From NCBI RefSeq assembly GCF_009914755.1, contig NC_060939.1: a DNA stretch of 64,000 nt. One strand, written 5' to 3'. The notes under the pieces are model-generated. The model was not told where the DNA came from, did not search any database, and saw only the letters and a list, made by a program, of their open reading frames with translations. The position numbers were made by a program, and so were the translations under genes. This document shows positions 57,601 to 64,000 of the stretch, in pieces (the first letter of the stretch is position 1; each line of letters opens with the position of its first letter). The stretch comes from the human T2T-CHM13v2.0 reference genome, Homo sapiens.

Positions 57601-58851
57601 AATGATTTTAGTGAGGGGACCTGCCCATCTTCACCACTGCAGCCCTTTCTTCCTTTAGTCCTGATTCCATCAACTGTCCCTTCTATTCTTTTGCTTTTTA
57701 AGACTCAAAGCCTATTTATATAAATACTTGTTTTTTTAATTCAAATAACCCCATTTTTATTAATTGAATTTGAGTAATCCTTTCTCAGAAGATCACCCTT
57801 GTCATTGAACACTTAGACCACTTTTCTACCAAACCAACATTTTAATGAAGCTGTCTTTCGGCTGAAACGTCCAGGATCATTTCAAAGTGCTTCCTGCAAT
57901 GACTGAGAGACACCAGCATCCTGTCAATGCCGTATGTTCCCAAGTTAGTTAAGAAAAACTTTGCCGGCATTCGGTACCCACAAAAAGGATAAGAAAGATG
58001 TTTTTTTCACACTTCAGGCATCAGATGCTCGGTTTTAAAATACCCTGCCTGGTGTGAACTTAGCTTTCAACATCAAATGCAGCTTTTCCAAGTTTGAAAC
58101 CAAGTGGCTGAGAAATAGAGATGCTGGGTGGGAAAATGCACATGTGCACGGAATCATGTTGTGAAACTGGCATACGTGTGGGCAAGTGCAACCGTTCACA
58201 TCCAAATAAACAGCTGGACAGCCTTGCGTGATTCTGAGCCCCTACCACCAGTGGGTGTGCGTGCACAGAAGCACACACACACACGTGCACACAGGCGCAC
58301 ACACACACGCACATGCATACACACAGACATTACATCAGTTACTAGACATGCCAACTGAAGCACTGTGTGTCTTTTGCATTCATGTGTGGTTCCATCCATA
58401 TGTGTTTTAGACATGTGCACCAAGCAAAGAATGCTGTGGAAACACGCGATGAAACAAAGTTGCTCTTCTTCCTCCTTTAAAAAGAAATGGCCCAGTACAC
58501 CTTCCAAATCACTACGATTTTGTAACATTTAAACAACCAAGAATGGTTTCAATCAAAAGTATTAGCTGACCTTCTGCAAGATCTGTGCCTTGTTGGCAGC
58601 CTGGAGCAGGACTAGTCCCGGCCCGCATACTCACTCCACCTTTCCAAGTTTAGCCTTTGTGATGAGGCCCGTCCTTGTGGCTGTTCTGATTTTGCCGCGT
58701 GCTAAACCTCAAAGAAGGCAGGTGGGCAACGCAGCAGAAGGAAAGCCGGTTTCCTGTTTTAAAATCCGACACTAGTTCTGGCTCTGCCGCTGGCTCCTTC
58801 TGTGTCCTGAGTGAGCCTCAACATCTTCATCTGGAAAATGGGTCCTGCCAC

Positions 58852-59528
58852 TGAAGCACAGTCATTGTCTGGGGTAAATAGCCGAGATTCATTGTCTCAT
58901 GGTCGTGGAAAACTAAGACACGGACACACCAGAGTGAGGTTAACAGCGGAAGTTTCATTGGTGAGAGAAAGAGACAGAGAAAGAGACGGAGAAAGAACCG
59001 GAGAAGCGGGCTGCCAGTTCCAAGGTGAAATGCAACGAGTTTTATAGATGAGCTTGAGGAGTCTATAAAGGTGTCTGATTTACAAAGGGCACGAAAGATT
59101 GGTTGGACCAGGTGTGCCATTTGCATAAGGTGCGAAAAACTGGTTCGGACTAGGTGTGTCATTTGCATACTGCATGAAAAACCTGGCCGCCCCATCCTAA
59201 TCTTTTATTATGCAGATGGTTTCTCTACCTAGCTGGCATCGTGTTGCCTGCTTCTTTACTGTACATGTGGTGACAAAGAAAAGGAAAGATAGAGTCTCCA
59301 TGTTGAACATACCTGGCCCCCAGGTAGCCCTTTTCTATTGGCACAGTTGCCAGCATTCAACCCGTGCAAGCTTCCAGATTTTCTTATCTATGTTTGCAGC
59401 TCCAATTTTTAGGCTGCTCTTTGTTAGAAAAGAAATGGTTTGGGGGCTGCTTTTTGTTAAAAGGAAAACCTTGTTGATGACTCTTTTAGCCTCACTATCT
59501 ACCTAGTTTCTTTCTATCTCCTCTATCC
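58852..59528 (-). mobile_element. LTR9-family solo ERV1 LTR inserted in a MIR
   Basis: Reverse of AAAAGCAGCCCCCAAA...CTAACAAAGAGCAGCC...GAAGCTTGCACGGG...CCCCAGACAATGA..GCTTCA; flanks CCAC / CCAT. Confidence 0.85.
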
Positions 59529-59695
59529 CCATCTCCTTGAGTGGCTCAATTAGGGATTTAGGAGGTGTAGGTGAGAGAGCGTCATCAACCATGCAGAGGC
59601 GTGCAAACCAAGGTATCCATCCTTACAGCAGCTGTTACAGAGTATATGGCTGTCACCAAGAATAGGGCAGACCTGGCCAGACTTCAGAAAGCTCA

Positions 59696-60115
59696 GTGGA
59701 ATGGTTTGAAAGTTTGTCCTCTCCAAAAGTCGTGTTGAAATTTAATCCCCAATGTGGCAGGATTGAGTGGTGGGGCCTTTAAGAAGCGATTGGGTCATGA
59801 GAGCTCTGCCCTCATGAATGAATTAATCCGTTCATGGGTTAATAAATTCATAGATTAATGAATTATCATGGGAGTGGGAGATATCATAAGGAGAGGAAGA
59901 GAAACCTGACCTAGCACACCAGCCTCCTCACCACGTGATGCCCTGTGCCACCTCGGAACTCTGCAGAGGGTCCCCACCAGCAAGAAGGCGTTCACCATGG
60001 GGCCCCTCCACCTTGGACTTCTCAGCCTCCACAAATGTAAAAAATAAATTCCTTCTCCTTATAAATCACCCAGTTCAGGGATTCTGTTATAAGTGATAGA
60101 AAATGGACTAAGAAA
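59696..60115 (+). mobile_element. MaLR LTR, MSTC-like
   Basis: ATGGTTTGAAAGTTTGTCCTCTCCAAAA...GCAGAGGGTCCCCACCAGCAAGAAGGC...AAATGGACTAAGA. Confidence 0.85.
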
Positions 60116-60339
60116 CACAGAAAGGCAAATGCTTCTCTATGTATTTCTTAGACTCCCCCTTCTAAGTGCCTCTTCTGAAGGAAAAGCAGTTTCATCTTTA
60201 ATAAAATGTGACAAGACATTTTCAACATCAGTACCACCTTCCAATCCAACCAGGCTCCTGCAAAGCTCAGTCTTTGGAGAAGTCAGACTCCATTTTGTTG
60301 TTTTTAAACCTGATCAAATTCATCATTTTAAAACATACA

Positions 60340-60545
60340 GTAATAATAACAGCTACAGTTAAGGAGTGCACAGTATAATGCTGCAAAGCATTGAATGCTT
60401 TCTCATGTTCTTTAACCCTCATAACAATCCCTATTTTGTAGATGAGAAAAATCAAGGTACATGAGGTGAAATAACTTGCTGTAGGACACAGAACTACTAT
60501 AGTAAGGGGTGATGCTGAGATTCCATTCAAGCACTGTGTCACCTC
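60340..60545 (-). mobile_element. MIR SINE
   Basis: CCTCATAACAATCC...ATTTTGTAGATGAGAAAA...GAGGTGAAATAACTTGC. Confidence 0.78.
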
Positions 60546-60737
60546 ACTTCACGTACCGTAGCGACTGAGCTCTCCTGCCTTTCAAGGGCTTCTCTGGAAC
60601 AATCCCTCCCGGATACTGCAACTTTACATATTTTAAACCCATTGGAATATTTCAGAGAGCACTTGAAGCAATCATCAGGACAATGAAGGTAGAACCAAAG
60701 AAAGAAAAGGCTATGATTACGTTGGTATCTCATTTCC

Positions 60738-60860
60738 GGGAAGACCACTCTCCTGATTCCCAGTTGATCCTGTTGTCCCAAGTTAATTATTAACATTATA
60801 GCTTTGCCTTTTACTCTCAGATGCAGCCAGGCTGGAACCATAAACTACATGGTCATCCCA
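60738..60860. mobile_element. MER94-like hAT fossil
   Basis: CCTGTTGTCCCAAGTTAATTATTAA...TTTTACTCTCA...ATAAACTACATGGTCATCC. Confidence 0.65.
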
Positions 60861-61059
60861 GGCTTAAAATGTTGCAATACATTAAGCTGAGTTTTTAAAA
60901 AGGAATTCCCAGAAACAACCCTTGTGGAAATTGACTGCTGTTTCTCTGCAAAAAAGTCTTGGCAGATTTTATCTTACACTTTAATAGTCCTGGGTGTCAA
61001 GTCCGTAAGCCTCACCTGAATTATAAATTGGGGTATTTCTCTATTAATTCAAATATCCA

Positions 61060-61190
61060 GGCCAGGAGCGGTGGCTCACGCCTGTAATCCCAGTACTTTG
61101 AGAGGCTGAGGTGGGTGGATCACGAGGTCAGGAAATCGAGACCATCCTGGCTAACACGGTGAAACCCCAACTTACTAAAAATACAAAAAA
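61060..61190 (+). mobile_element. AluY left arm only (3' truncated at the middle A-rich linker)
   Basis: GGATCACGAGGTCAGGAAATCGAGACCATCCTGGCTAACACGG then TACTAAAAATACAAAAAA and no right arm. Confidence 0.93.
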
Positions 61191-63849
61191 TATATTTTTT
61201 TTTGTAGTATTGTAGTATGTAGTATTTTGTAGCATGTAGTATTCGAGAACACTCCTACAAATCCAGGGGTCCTGGGAAGAGGAGAATCACTCCAAAATTC
61301 TGTTCTAAATCCTTGCCACTTCCTATTTTAAAGTAAGAGTTTGTGTGTATTATTCTGTTTTGTTTCATTTTTAAGTTATGTTCTGACTTCAGTTTACCTA
61401 TTTCTTTCTAATTCAGTCTGTGAGTACAGCTACTAAATAAAGGAGACAATTATTTAAATCTTATCCTAATTGCATAGTTCATTTTAACTATGTTGACACT
61501 AAAATTGATTCATGTGTATATTTAATTGACTTAATAAAAAATTCCATTTTATAGAGTTATTTCCAGTTACCTCTATATACTATAGCTAGTTGTAAGGAAA
61601 GTTGAACATAAAAGTGAACATAATAGTAATTCCCTAAATCTCACCTATTTAAATGTGGTATTTGGGTTAGTAATAATTAAGCCATATTGACCCATCAGTG
61701 TGATGAAGATTTCTCTCCATGTTTAAGAGTATACTTTTGTGGGAAGCCCCGCTGGTTATCTCCTGCAGGACCACCCCTATGGGACAGCTGGACAAGGGGT
61801 CACAGTGCCCATCTCTTGCTTTGAGGTACCGGGGAGACACTAAAGAACGTTTTGGGTGTGAACCTCGTAATGCAAGCAGCTGGAGGCCCCAAAGACTAGA
61901 ATTCGCCCCAGAGACCTATGGGTTTGCTTCCTGAGAAGAGGAAGCCAACCAACGCCCACCCATTCCTGGCCATTAGCTCATGACACATGGAAACCGGGCA
62001 GGGCCTCCTCCGAGCAGTTGCTCTGCCCCGTTCCTCCACTGGAACGTCCCCTTGTCCAAGCTGGGGAAATGGCAGGCAGACAAAACTGTTGTGAGAGAGT
62101 TCCAATTTAATCAACCTTAAATAAGCCATCTATTTTCCTGGAACAAGGATTTTTCTAAGCTGCCTTTTACATAATGAAATTACCCACATTTCAAATTCTT
62201 TTCTCAGAGCCCCAGAGCTGAAACATTCGTTTCCTGTAAAATGAGGACCTCTAACCCCTTCCCCATTGCCGCGTATCCCAGGTTGGGGCTACTGATTATC
62301 TCCTTTTTATTTGAACTCGCTTCACTCGAAGGACAAAGCATACGGGCCTTCAGCACTTGACCCTGCTGAAAATATTTAACATCTGAATTAAACCGACAGG
62401 CTTTGCCAGAAATGCTCTTCGTATTTTATGTCTGAGGCTATTTTCCCCCAGCATTTAATCACTAAAACATAAGTAGATACAGACAACTCCGATGAATTGT
62501 GTTCCCTGAACTAAATGCCATCAAGGAAATTCTTTATTTTCGCTTTTTCACAGTAAGTGTTATAAAGTGTTCTATACCCTTTGTTTCCCCTGCTGGAGTC
62601 AATTATTCTGGAAACAAACATTATTGTTCACAATGAAGATCCAAGGGCTATTAGCGTGATCCAACAGCTGTACTGGGGGTGAACCCAGAAGCAATGAGGC
62701 AGAGATGAGGGTGGAGGCGAGGAAGCTGGCTTTGATGGAAGATCAGAGACAATAAAATTATACAGCCATCTTTGTTTACTGCCCTTTCAGGATTAATGCC
62801 AAAAGGCCCATTCCACAACAATTGACTGCAAAAAGGAATAATGGGGCTTACTGGACATTTCCAGAAGGCATGTCTAGACCGGCTTTTTCCCAGTGAATAA
62901 GTCAACAATATTTATCAGGCACCATCATCATATAAAGCATGCTGCATGGTGCTGCCAGCATATAGAGAAAAAGACAAAACACAATGCCTTTCCTAAAAAT
63001 GATCTGTATTCTTCTCACTGGTGAGCCCAGTGCCTATTTCATGCAAAGTAATGAGCTGGACACCACAGCCCATAAGGAAAAATAAAGTCTCGCCCTGGGC
63101 TACAGGAGGCATGTTCTAGAGTGCCTGTCCCACTCCCGTCCAGCCTGTGGCTTTGGTGGCTGTGTTTGGTCTGGGTGGTCTTGTGGCCACAGCTGGACTG
63201 AATAGAGCAAAACATACATCCTAGGGATCCCATTAACCGTTCTAAGGTCTGGCAGAAAACAGTGGTGGTCTCTCTTGAAAAGCTGGGCCACAAGACACAG
63301 AGCAGGCAGATGTGGTCAACACAGCAGCTCTAACACCACGTGGACTCAGCTTACAAAAGAGGCCAGACAACAGGAGGAGATGGAAGCAGAGACGAGTAAG
63401 ATCCTATGCACCCGGTGTGGCCAGGGCTGCGGATGACCTCAGGGCTCCTGAGAAATAGGGAGGATCTTGGGTCCTTCCCTCGAGGTTTCAATTTGCAAGT
63501 TCTCCCGCAAAAAGGGGCTCTGAAGGGACACTTGGAGGAGCTCAGCAAGGGCCCTTGAGTTGGGGTGCAGTGGGCTGTGTCTGGCCCATGCCTGAGGATC
63601 TAAAGAAAGGATCTCCTGGAGCTGAGGCAGAAGGTCAGGGACCCAGAGAGGAATCCACAGGCTAGAGCTTGTCTTGGGAACATTTTAAAAGAGGTCATGC
63701 CACCAAGAGGTCTGTGTGAGGTGAGCATCACCCTCTTCCTGAGGGCCTTTGCCTCTGAAGGACCCGCAGGCACATGCTTGTGATGAAGAGGCAGCTCTGG
63801 AGATTGGCCAGATGCAGGGAGCTAACAGTAACTCATGGTATCGTGAGTC

Positions 63850-64000
63850 AAGGCTGGGGACTGCCCTGTGCCCTCCAGAATTCATATGTTGAGACCTTAA
63901 CCCCCAATGTAATGGTATTTGGAGATGGGTCCTTTGGTAGATAATTAGGTTTAGATGACGTCCTCAGGGTGGAGCCCTCATGATAGGAATAATGCCCCTA
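63850..64000 (+). mobile_element. MaLR LTR, MLT1A-like, cut by window end
   Basis: AATTCATATGTTGA...CCCCCAATGTAATGGTATTTGGAGATGGG...GGTGGAGCCCTCATGAT. Confidence 0.85.

Noticed and set aside
61195-61245. Short direct repeats as a CRISPR-like array
   Set aside because: 8-bp units without unique spacers, eukaryotic context, no cas genes

Overview
Primate (human-like) non-coding genomic DNA, intergenic or deep intronic. I find no credible protein-coding exon, tRNA/rRNA gene, CpG island or CRISPR array; the longer ORFs in the track are read-throughs of Alu, simple repeats, LTRs or decayed L1/ERV. More than half of the window is interspersed repeat: 23 Alu/FLAM copies (21 on +, 2 on -), many MIR and L2 fragments, old L1/HAL1, about 20 LTRs (MER39, MER50, LTR9, THE1, MST, MLT1/2, LTR16, LTR33) and DNA transposon fossils (Tigger2, Charlie1, MER20, MER58, MER5, MER91, MER94, MER102). 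The most notable items are: (1) a decayed ERV-L provirus on the minus strand with LTR, tRNA-Leu PBS, gag, protease and start of RT still readable; (2) local rearrangement scars (142-bp tandem duplication, inverted duplication of an MLT1 end, half AluY with iterative templated filler); (3) an LTR9 with tandem octamer sites and a motif-dense unique segment at about 55.3-55.6 kb as enhancer candidates; (4) very strong Alu strand asymmetry. I do not see evidence for a genuinely new biological system. Repeat subfamily names are from recalled consensus sequences and need RepeatMasker/Dfam confirmation; boundaries of old repeats are approximate. The locus could not be identified.
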